A model generated the notes under the pieces. The model was not told where the DNA came from. It made no database searches and worked only from the letters and a program-made list of their open reading frames with translations. A DNA stretch of 64,000 bases from NCBI GenBank assembly GCA_964624475.1, contig CAZUYC010000015.1, positions 9,124 to 73,123 on the forward strand. The letters run 5' to 3'. Positions 52,955-61,532 of this stretch are shown in pieces. Made by a program: the position numbers and the translations under genes. Each line of letters starts with the position of its first letter. Within the stretch, counting starts at the first letter, position 1. Source of the stretch: an uncultured Spirochaetales bacterium (GTDB lineage Bacteria > Myxococcota_A > UBA9160 > SMWR01).

Positions 52955-54543
52955 TGGCCACGGTCCATGACGCGATCGTCGTCGGGGGCGGACACAACGG
53001 GCTGACCTGCGCCGCCTACCTGGCCCGGGCCGGACGCAAGGTGCTGGTCCTCGAACGGCGCCACATCCTGGGTGGCGCGACGGTCAGCGAGGAGACCTAT
53101 CCGGGGTTCACCTTCTCGTCGTGCTCCTACGTGGTGAGCCTGCTGCGCCCGCAGATCATCCGCGAGCTGGAGCTCTCCAGGCACGGCCTCGAGATCCTGC
53201 CGCTCGACTGGACCTACTCGCCCTACGAGGACGGCGCCGCGCTGCTGCGCGGCCCCGACCCCGAGATGAACCGCCGCAACATCGCGCGCTTCTCGCCGCG
53301 CGACGCGGATCGCTACGCGCTCTTCGGCCAGGCCATGGGAGAGCTCGGGCGACTGGTCAAGCCGCTGATCGAGGCGCCGACACCCGACCCCTCCCGCCTC
53401 GACCTCAGGACGATCCTCGAGCTGCTGCGGCTGGGCCGGCGATTCCGGGCGCTCGGCGAGGACGCGATCGCCACGAACCTCAAGATGATGACGATGAGCG
53501 CCGTCGACTTCCTGAGCGAATGGTTCGAGTCCGAGCGCCTGATCGGGCCGATGAGCGTGAGCGGCATCATCGGCACCTTCCTCGGCGTCCGATCGCCGGG
53601 AACCGCCTACGTGTTGCTCCACCACTACATGGGCGAGATCGACGGCGCCTTCCGGGCCTGGGGGCTGCAGAAGGGCGGGACCGGCGGGGTGGCCATGGCC
53701 ATCGCGCGCTCCGCGCAGGCCTTCGGCGCCGAGATCCGGACCTCGTCGCCGGTCGCGCGGATCCTGATCCGCGGGGGCGAGGCGCAGGGCGTCGTGCTGG
53801 AGAACGGCGACGAGCACTTCGCCAGGACGGTGATCAGCGGCGCCGACCCGCACCGCACCTTCCTCGGCATGGTCGGCGAGGAATGGCTCGACGCCGACTT
53901 CGCCCGGCAGATCCGGCGCTTCAAGATGCGCGGGTCGTCGGGAAAGGTGAATCTGGCGCTCGACTCCCTGCCCGAGCTCCCGGGCCTCGGGAGCGACTCC
54001 CCGGCGCTCAAGGGCGACATCACCATCTCGCCGAGCGTGGACTACCTCGAGCGCGCGTACGACGACGCGAAGTACGGCCGCTTCTCGCGGCGGCCCTGCC
54101 TGGACTGCGTGATCCCGTCGCTCTCGGATCCGTCGGTGGCGCCGCCGGGCAAGCACGTGATGAGCATCTTCGTCCAGTACGCGCCCTACAAGCTGAAGGA
54201 GGGGCCGGCGGACTGGGAGAACCAGCGCGAGGCCTTCGGCGATACGGTGCTCGACACGCTGGAGCGCTTCCTCCCGGGCATCCAGAAGCGCATCCTCCAC
54301 CGCCAGGTGCTGACGCCGTGGGATCTCGAGCAGACCTACGGCCTGACCGAGGGCAACATCTTCCACGGCGAGCTGAGCCTGGAGCAGCTCGCCTTCCTGC
54401 GGCCGGTCGCGGGCTGGGCCCGCTACAAGACGCCGATCCGGAAGCTCTGGCTCTGCGGCTCGGGTGCGCACCCGGGTGGCGGAATCATGGCTGCGCCCGG
54501 GCAGCTGTGCGCGAGGACCATGCTGAGATCGAGGGCGCTATGA
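52954..54543 (+). CDS. CrtI/COG1233-like NAD(P)/FAD-dependent oxidoreductase, paralog 2
   Basis: ATG 52954 overlaps the upstream TGA by 1 nt. ..HDAIVVGGGHNGLTCAAYLARAG.., ..YGLTEGNIFHG..GWARYKTP..LWLCGSGAHPGGGI... Collinear with paralog 1. Confidence 0.85.
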   Translation: MATVHDAIVVGGGHNGLTCAAYLARAGRKVLVLERRHILGGATVSEETYPGFTFSSCSYVVSLLRPQIIRELELSRHGLEILPLDWTYSPYEDGAALLRGPDPEMNRRNIARFSPRDADRYALFGQAMGELGRLVKPLIEAPTPDPSRLDLRTILELLRLGRRFRALGEDAIATNLKMMTMSAVDFLSEWFESERLIGPMSVSGIIGTFLGVRSPGTAYVLLHHYMGEIDGAFRAWGLQKGGTGGVAMAIARSAQAFGAEIRTSSPVARILIRGGEAQGVVLENGDEHFARTVISGADPHRTFLGMVGEEWLDADFARQIRRFKMRGSSGKVNLALDSLPELPGLGSDSPALKGDITISPSVDYLERAYDDAKYGRFSRRPCLDCVIPSLSDPSVAPPGKHVMSIFVQYAPYKLKEGPADWENQREAFGDTVLDTLERFLPGIQKRILHRQVLTPWDLEQTYGLTEGNIFHGELSLEQLAFLRPVAGWARYKTPIRKLWLCGSGAHPGGGIMAAPGQLCARTMLRSRAL

Positions 54544-56093
54544 GCCACGCGATCGTCATCGGCGCGGGGCACAACGGGCTGGTCGCCGCCCTCCAGCTGG
54601 CGCGGGCCGGCCGCGAGGTCACCCTCGTCGAGCGGCGCAGCGACGTGGGCGGGCTCTGCGCCGCGACCGGGCTCCACCCCGGTTTCACCGTCCCCGGCCT
54701 GCTCCACGACACCACGGGCGTGCGTCGCGACGTGGCCGCGGCGCTCGGCCTCTCGCGCTTCGGCCTCGAGTTCGAGGCGCAAGCGCCCGCCGTGCTCGCG
54801 GCGCACTCGGCGCACCGGGGAGTGGTCCTGCACGCCGACGGCCGGCGCTCTCGCGACGAGCTCGAGGCGCTGCACAAGGGCGACGGCGACGCCTACCTCC
54901 GCTGGCGCGCCTTCCTATCGCGTGTCCGCCGCTTCGTGGCGGGCGTGCTGGATCGGCCGCCGCCGTTGCTTCGACCGCGCTCGCTGCCGGAGCTGTGGAG
55001 CATTGGCAGGACGGGGCTCGGTCTCAAGCGCCTCGGCAACGCCGACATGCTCGAGCTGCTGCGCGTAGCACCCATGGGCTCGAGCGATTGGCTGCAGGAG
55101 TACTTCAGCGACCCGCTGCTTCCGGCGGCCCTCGCCGGGCCGGGGGTCACGGGCGCCTTCCTCGGGCCGCGGGCGGCCGGGAGTGCCGCCCGCGTGTTGC
55201 TCTACGAGTGCGTGCGCGGGCCGGAAGTGCGGGGCGGCCCTGCCGCGCTCACCGAATCGCTGCGGAAGGCCTTCGAGGCCGCGGGCGGGAAGATCCGATT
55301 GGAGGCGGAGGTCGCCCGGATCCTCGTCGAGAAGGGCGCGGTCGCCGGCGTGGGCTTCGTGGACGGGGGGAGCCTCGGGGCGTCGGTGGTGGTCGCGACC
55401 TGCGACCCGAAGCAGGCGCTGCTCGAGCTGGTCGAGCCGGGCGTGCTGCCGCTCCGGGTGGAGGAGCAGATCGGCGTCGTGCGCATGCGCGGGACGACGG
55501 CCAAGGTGAACCTCGCTCTCGACGGCCGGCTCTGCTTCCGCGGCCGCCCGGGGGAGCGGCACGGGCGAGCGTTCGTGGCGGACGACCTCGACGCGATCGA
55601 GCTCGCCTTCGACGCGGCCAAGTATCGCGCCTGCTCCGAGAGGCCCCACCTGGACGTCTGCGTGCCGAGCGCCGCAGACGCGTCGCTCGCGCCGGAGGGC
55701 AAGGACGTCGTGTCGATCCTCGCCCACTGCGCGCCGCACGACCTCGAGGGCGGCTGGAGCGACGGAGCCCGCGCGAGCTTCGGGGACGCGGTCGTCGAGG
55801 CGCTCGAGCGCGTGGCACCCGGCACGAAGGACCGGATCGTGGCGCGCGAGGTCCTCTGCCCCGCGGACCTCGAGGCCCGCTACGGGCTCACGGGCGGACA
55901 CGTCCACCACGGCGAGCACGCGCTCGATCAGCTGCTCTTCATGCGTCCGGCGCCCGCGCTGGCGCGCTACGCGACCCCGATCGCGGGGCTCTACCTCGGC
56001 GGCAGCGGCTCCCATCCGGGCGGCGGCGTCACGGGTCGACCGGGCGCGCTCGCGGCGCAGGCGATCCTCGCGGGCCCCGGCAAGGCGGCGTAG
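54540..56093 (+). CDS. CrtI/COG1233-like NAD(P)/FAD-dependent oxidoreductase, paralog 3 (more divergent)
   Basis: ATGA overlap with paralog 2. ..HAIVIGAGHNGLVAALQLARAG.., ..YGLTGGHVHHG..LARYATP..LYLGGSGSHPGGGVTG... Confidence 0.85.
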   Translation: MSHAIVIGAGHNGLVAALQLARAGREVTLVERRSDVGGLCAATGLHPGFTVPGLLHDTTGVRRDVAAALGLSRFGLEFEAQAPAVLAAHSAHRGVVLHADGRRSRDELEALHKGDGDAYLRWRAFLSRVRRFVAGVLDRPPPLLRPRSLPELWSIGRTGLGLKRLGNADMLELLRVAPMGSSDWLQEYFSDPLLPAALAGPGVTGAFLGPRAAGSAARVLLYECVRGPEVRGGPAALTESLRKAFEAAGGKIRLEAEVARILVEKGAVAGVGFVDGGSLGASVVVATCDPKQALLELVEPGVLPLRVEEQIGVVRMRGTTAKVNLALDGRLCFRGRPGERHGRAFVADDLDAIELAFDAAKYRACSERPHLDVCVPSAADASLAPEGKDVVSILAHCAPHDLEGGWSDGARASFGDAVVEALERVAPGTKDRIVAREVLCPADLEARYGLTGGHVHHGEHALDQLLFMRPAPALARYATPIAGLYLGGSGSHPGGGVTGRPGALAAQAILAGPGKAA

Positions 56094-56182
56094 CCGCCGC
56101 GCAGCGAGGCGGAGCCGAGCGAAGAGCGGGCCTCCGCTCTGGCAAGGCGGCGTAGCCGCCGCGCAGCGAGGCGGAGCCGAGC
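56079..56182 (-). repeat. REP-like element in reverse orientation, tandemly duplicated (copies D1/D2, 62-nt period)
   Basis: The 42-mer ggcaaggcggcgtagccgccgcgcagcgaggcggagccgagc occurs at 56079-56120 and 56141-56182, separated by gaagagcgggcctccgctct. Its reverse complement is gctcggctccgcCTCGCTGCGCG, then hairpin ggcggc-tac-gccgcc, then TTGCC. Copy 1 includes the last 4 codons and the stop of the upstream gene. Confidence 0.7.
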
Positions 56183-56197
56183 TGATAGAATCGACAG

Positions 56198-57568
56198 ATG
56201 CCCTCCGGCACGGAAACCCGCTACCCCTCGGGCCACGTTCTCTACCGGCGCCTCAACAGGCACTACCCGCGCATCGTGCGCGGTGACGGCTGCTGGCTCA
56301 CCGACGATCGCGGCAGGCGCTACCTGGACGCCTCCAGTGGCGCGCTGGTCACCAACCTCGGACACGGCAATGCGGAGGTGGCGCGAGCCGTGGGCGAGCA
56401 GGCGGCGCGCCTGGCCTACGTGAACGGCACGGCCTTCACCCACGACGCCATCGAAGAGCTCGCCGCCGAAGTGGCCGCCCTCTGTGCCGAAGGTCTCGAC
56501 AAGACGCTGTTCCTGTGCAACGGCGGCGATGCCGTGGAGGCCGCGCTCAAGATCTCGCGGCAGTTCTGGGCGGAATCGGGCCGGCCCGAGAAGCGGAAGA
56601 TCGTGGCCCTGACGCCGAGCTACCACGGGAACACGCTGCTCGCCCTCTCGGCGTCGGCCAGGCCGGGCTACCAGGAGCTCTTCCGGGACTGGCTGGTCGA
56701 GATCCACACGGCGCCGGCGCCCTATGCGTACCGCTGCTCGTGCCGCGGGGAGGCCGAGGAGTGCCCGGCCTGCAGCGGCGCCGCCGTGGAGCAGGCGATC
56801 CTGCGGGATGGGCCCGAGACGGTGGCGGCCTTCATCGCCGAGCCGGTGGGCGGGAGCTCGACCGGCGCGTCGGTGCCGCGTCCGGGCTACTGGAGGAAGG
56901 TCCGCGAGATCTGCGACCGCTACGAGGTGCACTTCGTCGCCGACGAGGTTCTCGCCGGCGCCGGCCGCACGGGCACCTGGTCGGCGCTGGAGCCCTACGG
57001 CGTCGCGCCGGACTTCCAGATCTTCGGCAAGGGGATCGCGGGAGGCTACGCCCCGTTGTCGGCGCTGGTGACGTCGCGTCGCATCCTCGACGTCCTGGCC
57101 GCGGGCTCCGGCGCCCCCCTGCACAACCAGACCTTCTCCCAGTTTCCGGTCTCCTGCGCGGCCGGCCTGGCGACCCTCCGCCAGATCAAGGCCCAGGGGC
57201 TCCTCGCGCGCTGCGCGAGCATGGGGACCGTCCTCTTCCAGCGCCTGGCCGAGCTGCTGGACCATCCCCACGTAGGAGACCTCCGCGGACGGGGGCTCCT
57301 CGCCGGCATCGAGTTCGTCGAGGACAAGGCGTCGCGCAAGCCCTTCGACCGGAGCCTGCGGATGGCGGAGACCCTCGGCGAGACGGCGCAGGAGGCCGGC
57401 CTCGTGCTGTGGACGCATGCCGGGCAGGCGGATGGCGGGGGCGGAGACCTGATCCTGATCGGCCCCCCGTTCATCATCACGGAGGACGAGATCTCCGAGC
57501 TGGTGGGTCGGCTGCGGACGGCCCTCGACACGGCGATCGAGCGGATCCGGGATCGGAAGCGCCGCTAG
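56198..57568 (+). CDS. Class-III PLP aminotransferase (omega-transaminase-like)
   Basis: ..GALVTNLGHGN.., ..CNGGDAVEAALK.., ..YHGNT.., ..FVADEVLAGAGRTG.., ..IFGKGIAGGY.. (PLP Lys). Confidence 0.9.
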   Translation: MPSGTETRYPSGHVLYRRLNRHYPRIVRGDGCWLTDDRGRRYLDASSGALVTNLGHGNAEVARAVGEQAARLAYVNGTAFTHDAIEELAAEVAALCAEGLDKTLFLCNGGDAVEAALKISRQFWAESGRPEKRKIVALTPSYHGNTLLALSASARPGYQELFRDWLVEIHTAPAPYAYRCSCRGEAEECPACSGAAVEQAILRDGPETVAAFIAEPVGGSSTGASVPRPGYWRKVREICDRYEVHFVADEVLAGAGRTGTWSALEPYGVAPDFQIFGKGIAGGYAPLSALVTSRRILDVLAAGSGAPLHNQTFSQFPVSCAAGLATLRQIKAQGLLARCASMGTVLFQRLAELLDHPHVGDLRGRGLLAGIEFVEDKASRKPFDRSLRMAETLGETAQEAGLVLWTHAGQADGGGGDLILIGPPFIITEDEISELVGRLRTALDTAIERIRDRKRR

Positions 57569-57582
57569 CTCGAGGAGGCACG

Positions 57583-59166
57583 ATGACGACGCCCGCATCC
57601 GACCCGATGAAGATCACCTACACGACCTCCGCAGCGGACATGGACCAGATCCACGAGGCCTTCGACGAGGCCCTCGCGAGGGTCCGCTCGGAGTGCGGGA
57701 GGGAGTACCCGCTCTACATCGACGGCAAGCCGGTGCGCTCGCAGACGCCGCCGATCGTCGACACCTCGCCCATCGACACGAGCCTCGTCCTCGGCGAGTT
57801 CGCTTCCGCCAGCGTCGAGCACGTCGACCAGGCCATCGAGTCCGCCTGCCGGGCCCGCCGGAAGTGGGAGAGTCTGGGCTGGCAGAAGCGCGTGACGATC
57901 ATGCGCAAGGCGGCGGAGCTGGTGCGCGCGAACAAATTCGAGCTCGCGGCCTGCATGAGCCTCGAGGTGGGCAAGAGCCGCCTGGAGTCCCTGGGGGACG
58001 CCGAGGAGTCCGCCGATCTCATCGACTATTACGCCGCGCAGATGGAGGAGGCCAGCGGCTTCCGCAGGAAGATGAACCAGCTCACGCCGATCGAGGACAA
58101 CACGGACCTGCTCCGGCCCTTCGGCGTGTTCGTCTGCATCGCACCCTTCAACTTCCCCCTGGCCCTGGCCGCTGGCATGTCCTCCGCCGCCCTGGTGGCC
58201 GGGAACACGGTCGTCTTCAAGCCGGCCCAGGACACGCCGTGGACCGGGCTGCGGCTCTACCACCTCTACCGGGAGGCGGGCGTCCCCGAGGACGTCCTCC
58301 ACTTCATCTCCGGGCGGGGCTCCGTCATCGGCGATGCGCTGTGGCAGCATCCCAAGGTCGACGGCGTCGTCTTCACCGGCTCCAAGGACGTGGGCATCCG
58401 GATGTTCAAGGGCTTCAGCACCCGGTGGGTCAAGCCCTGCCTGACGGAGCTCGGCGGGAAGAACGCCTGCATCGTGACGGAATCGGCGGATCTCGACGCC
58501 GCCGCCGAGGGTGTGATGAGGTCCGCCTGGGGGCTCCAGAACCAGAAGTGCAGCGCGTGCTCGCGGGTCTACGTGCACCGGAAGGTAGCCGAGGAGTTCA
58601 CCGCGAAGCTCATCGAGAAGACCCGGGCCATGACCATCGGCGACCCGACGAAGCGCAACGTGTTCTTCGGCCCGGTGATCAACCAGAACGCGGTCAGGAC
58701 GTTCGAACGCGCGGTGGAGATGGCTCGGAAGGACGGCTCGGTCCTGGTGGGCGGCAGGCGCATGACGGAGGGCGCCTTCGCCCGGGGCCACTACGTGGAG
58801 CCCACCATCGTCAAGGCACCCCTCTCGAGCCGGCTCTTCATGGAGGAGTTCTTCGTCCCGGTGCTCGCCATCGGGGAGATCGACTCCCTGGAGCAGGCGA
58901 TCGAGGAGACCAACAGGGCCGAGTACGGCCTCACGGCCGGGCTCTTCTCGCACGATCCAGCGGAGGCGGAGAAGTTCTTCGACGAGATCGAGGCGGGTGT
59001 CACCTACGTGAATAAACGCAGCGGCGCGACCACCGGCGCCTGGCCGGGCGCCCAGGCCTTCTGCGGCTGGAAGGGCTCCGGATCCAGCGGAAAGGGCGGC
59101 TGCGGCCCCTACTACGTGATGCAGTTCATGCGCGAGCAGAGCCGCACCGTGATCGAGACGCGCTAG
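57583..59166 (+). CDS. Aldehyde dehydrogenase, L-glutamate gamma-semialdehyde (P5C) dehydrogenase-like (RocA/PruA type)
   Basis: ATG 57583 with GAGGAGG upstream. ..PFNFPLA.., ..TELGGKNA.., ..NQKCSACSR.. (Cys nucleophile). The C-terminus ..TGAWPGAQAFCGWKGSGSSGKGGCGPYY.. resembles the RocA-type tail. Confidence 0.85.
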   Translation: MTTPASDPMKITYTTSAADMDQIHEAFDEALARVRSECGREYPLYIDGKPVRSQTPPIVDTSPIDTSLVLGEFASASVEHVDQAIESACRARRKWESLGWQKRVTIMRKAAELVRANKFELAACMSLEVGKSRLESLGDAEESADLIDYYAAQMEEASGFRRKMNQLTPIEDNTDLLRPFGVFVCIAPFNFPLALAAGMSSAALVAGNTVVFKPAQDTPWTGLRLYHLYREAGVPEDVLHFISGRGSVIGDALWQHPKVDGVVFTGSKDVGIRMFKGFSTRWVKPCLTELGGKNACIVTESADLDAAAEGVMRSAWGLQNQKCSACSRVYVHRKVAEEFTAKLIEKTRAMTIGDPTKRNVFFGPVINQNAVRTFERAVEMARKDGSVLVGGRRMTEGAFARGHYVEPTIVKAPLSSRLFMEEFFVPVLAIGEIDSLEQAIEETNRAEYGLTAGLFSHDPAEAEKFFDEIEAGVTYVNKRSGATTGAWPGAQAFCGWKGSGSSGKGGCGPYYVMQFMREQSRTVIETR

Positions 59167-59218
59167 GTCGGGCCGCGCCCCGGAACCCGCGCACCCGTGC
59201 GGCGGCGAGGTGGAAGCG

Positions 59219-60382
59219 ATGAAGATCGACCTCTTCAAGATGGAGAGGACCCAGTGCCTCTTCGAGAACGAGGTGGAGTTCAACCTGTCGGAGAGCGGCG
59301 TCCTGCCACTCAGCCTGGGCGAACTCGTATCCGGCAGCCGGGAGCGCGCCGAGCTCGACGGGCTCCTGCTCAAGTACCCGCATTCGACGGGCCGACCCCG
59401 GCTGCGCGAGAACATCGCGCGCTTCTACGGCTGCGCGGACCCGAGGTGCGTCACGGTCACGAACGGCGGTTCCGAGGCCAACTACGCGGCGCTATGGAGC
59501 CTCGTCGACAAGTCCGACCGGGTGGCGTTCATGCTGCCGAACTACATGCAGGGCTGGGGCCTGGCGAGGGCGTACGGGCGGCAGGTCGACGCGTATCGCC
59601 TGGTCATGAAGCGGGACTCGGGCGGCGACTGGCGATGGGAGCTCGATCTCGACAGCCTTCGCAGGGCCGTCCACAAGAGTACGCGCGTCATCGTCGTGAC
59701 GAATCCGAACAATCCCACCGGCGCAGTACTCGGTGAAGACGAGATGGAAGCGATCCTCGGCGAGGCCCGTCGCGTCGGCGCATGGGTCCTCGCGGATGAG
59801 ATCTACCGGGGAGCGGAGGTCTCCGGTCCCTTGTCACCGACCTTCTGGGGCCGCTACGAGAAGGTCGTGATCACCAGCGGCTTGTCCAAGGCCTTCGCGC
59901 TTCCCGGCTTGCGCTGCGGCTGGGTCGTGGCGCCGCCCTCCCTCATCGCGCGGATCTGCCGGCATCACGACTATCTGACGCTGACCCCATCCTTCCTGGC
60001 CGATCATCTCGCGGACATCGTCATGGAACCCAGCCGCCGGGACCGCGTGCTGAAACGCACTCGAGAGATCATCGCGCGCAACCTTCCCGTCCTGGAGAAG
60101 TGGATCGCGTCGCACGGCGACGTCTTCGAATTCGCGAGACCGATCGCCGGCGCCATCGCGACGGTCAAATACGCCCTGCCGATCGCCTCCGAGACCCTGA
60201 TGCATCGCTTGCTCCGGGAGCAGTCCGTGCTGATCACTCCGGGGGGGCACTTCGGCATCGGTCGCTACATGCGGATCGGCTTCGGCTACGACCTCGAGCG
60301 CACGAGGAAGGGACTGCAGAGGATCGACCCGTTGATCGAGGAGCTGAAGCAGAAGGCTGGCAGAGCTAGCAATTCCCGCTAG
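59219..60382 (+). CDS. Class-I/II PLP aminotransferase
   Basis: ATG 59219 (AGGTGGA upstream; alternative GTG 59210). ..VTNGGSEANY.., ..VTNPNNPTG.., ..DEIY.., ..SGLSKAFALPGLRCGW.. (PLP Lys). Confidence 0.85.
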   Translation: MKIDLFKMERTQCLFENEVEFNLSESGVLPLSLGELVSGSRERAELDGLLLKYPHSTGRPRLRENIARFYGCADPRCVTVTNGGSEANYAALWSLVDKSDRVAFMLPNYMQGWGLARAYGRQVDAYRLVMKRDSGGDWRWELDLDSLRRAVHKSTRVIVVTNPNNPTGAVLGEDEMEAILGEARRVGAWVLADEIYRGAEVSGPLSPTFWGRYEKVVITSGLSKAFALPGLRCGWVVAPPSLIARICRHHDYLTLTPSFLADHLADIVMEPSRRDRVLKRTREIIARNLPVLEKWIASHGDVFEFARPIAGAIATVKYALPIASETLMHRLLREQSVLITPGGHFGIGRYMRIGFGYDLERTRKGLQRIDPLIEELKQKAGRASNSR

Positions 60383-61362
60383 ACGAGGATGCCCAGATCC
60401 TTCTCGAGGGCGGCGGCATAGGCGAGGTTGGCGATCGCGGTGTCCTGAACGCCGGTACCGGTGAGATCGCAGACGGTGATCTGGTCCTCCCGCTGCCGGC
60501 CCTGCGCGGTCCCGTTTGCGAGCTCGCCGAGCTCGATGATCTCGCATCCCTCGGGCAGCTCGCCGCCCTCGAGCAGGTGTTGGATCTCTCCGATCACGCG
60601 GCACTGGGAGAGGCGATCGCAGACCAGCCGATCCGCCCGGAGCAGGACCTCGGCGGCGAGTTCCTGCTTGCCCGGAAGGTCGGATCCGACGGCCGTGATG
60701 TGGAGCCCCGCGTGCAGGCTCTCGGCTCGGACGAGCGGACGGTCGCTCGCCGTGGCCGTGACGAGGATCTGGCTGTTGCGGACGGCGTTTTCGGGCGCTG
60801 CCGCCACCTCGACCCGCAGACCGAGACGGTCGCGCATCTCCTGGGCATAGCGATCCGCTCGTTCGGCCGAGCGACCCCAGACGACCACTCGCTGGAAGCT
60901 CCGGACGAGGGCCAGGCACTCGACCTGGTAGCGCGCCTGCACGCCGGTGCCCAGCACGCCCACCGTCTCGACGCTGCGAGGGGCGAGGTGCTTCGCGGCG
61001 ACGGCGCCGGCGAGGCCGGTGCGCAGGTCGGTGAGGAAGCTGTTGTCGAGCAGGATCGCCTCGCAGAATCCCGTCGCGGCGTTCAGCACCACCATCATCG
61101 CGCTCCCGACCGGGAGACCCAGGGCGGCATTGTCGCCGAATCCCGTGGCGATCTTGATCGCGACATAGGGGAGGCCCTTCACGTAGGCGCTCTTCACGTC
61201 GATGTCGCCATTCCGGTCCCGGGCGGGAACGTGCATGATGGGCGGCATGCTGACCCGGTCCTGCTGCAGCCAGCCGAACGCGGACTCGACGGCCTGCAGT
61301 GCCTCCGCATCGATGCCGACGACCTGTCGCAGCTCGGCCTCGGTCAGGATTCGAGTCTGCAT
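60379..61362 (-). CDS. Ornithine cyclodeaminase / mu-crystallin family NAD enzyme
   Basis: 327-aa ORF. ..LTDLRTGLAGAVAAKHLA.., ..VGVLGTGVQAR.. Rossmann motif, ..ITAVGSD... Its stop shares CTAG with the convergent upstream gene. Confidence 0.85.
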   Translation of the reverse strand: MQTRILTEAELRQVVGIDAEALQAVESAFGWLQQDRVSMPPIMHVPARDRNGDIDVKSAYVKGLPYVAIKIATGFGDNAALGLPVGSAMMVVLNAATGFCEAILLDNSFLTDLRTGLAGAVAAKHLAPRSVETVGVLGTGVQARYQVECLALVRSFQRVVVWGRSAERADRYAQEMRDRLGLRVEVAAAPENAVRNSQILVTATASDRPLVRAESLHAGLHITAVGSDLPGKQELAAEVLLRADRLVCDRLSQCRVIGEIQHLLEGGELPEGCEIIELGELANGTAQGRQREDQITVCDLTGTGVQDTAIANLAYAAALEKDLGILV

Positions 61363-61532
61363 ACCCGCCCTTCATTGTATGCGACGCGGGGAGTCGGAGT
61401 CGGCGCTGGGCCCAGCCGTCCCCCCAGGGGATTCGACGTCGGCGCCGCGAGGAACTCTCCCCGCAGACCCGGCGGGTGCGGTAAGGTGTCGTGTCGCAAA
61501 CCCCATCGCTACGTCAGCAGGAGAAGATCTCG

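Noticed and set aside
56079-56182. Direct repeats (also the 108-bp array at 16381-17140) considered as a possible CRISPR array.
   Set aside because: There are only two copies with a 20-nt spacer, and the first overlaps a gene end. The 108-bp array is in-frame coding sequence for Sel1 repeats. There are no cas genes and no repeat-spacer periodicity.
61363-61532. Glycine, THF or SAM-type riboswitch upstream of GcvT-family and methyl-metabolism genes. Leaders at 50566-50581, 51758-51763 and 33999-34123 were also checked.
   Set aside because: I could not find the conserved glycine-riboswitch cores (GGAGAG...ACCGAAGGGGCAA-like) or other recognisable riboswitch signatures. Most of these leaders are too short. 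A covariance-model scan would be needed to exclude this formally.
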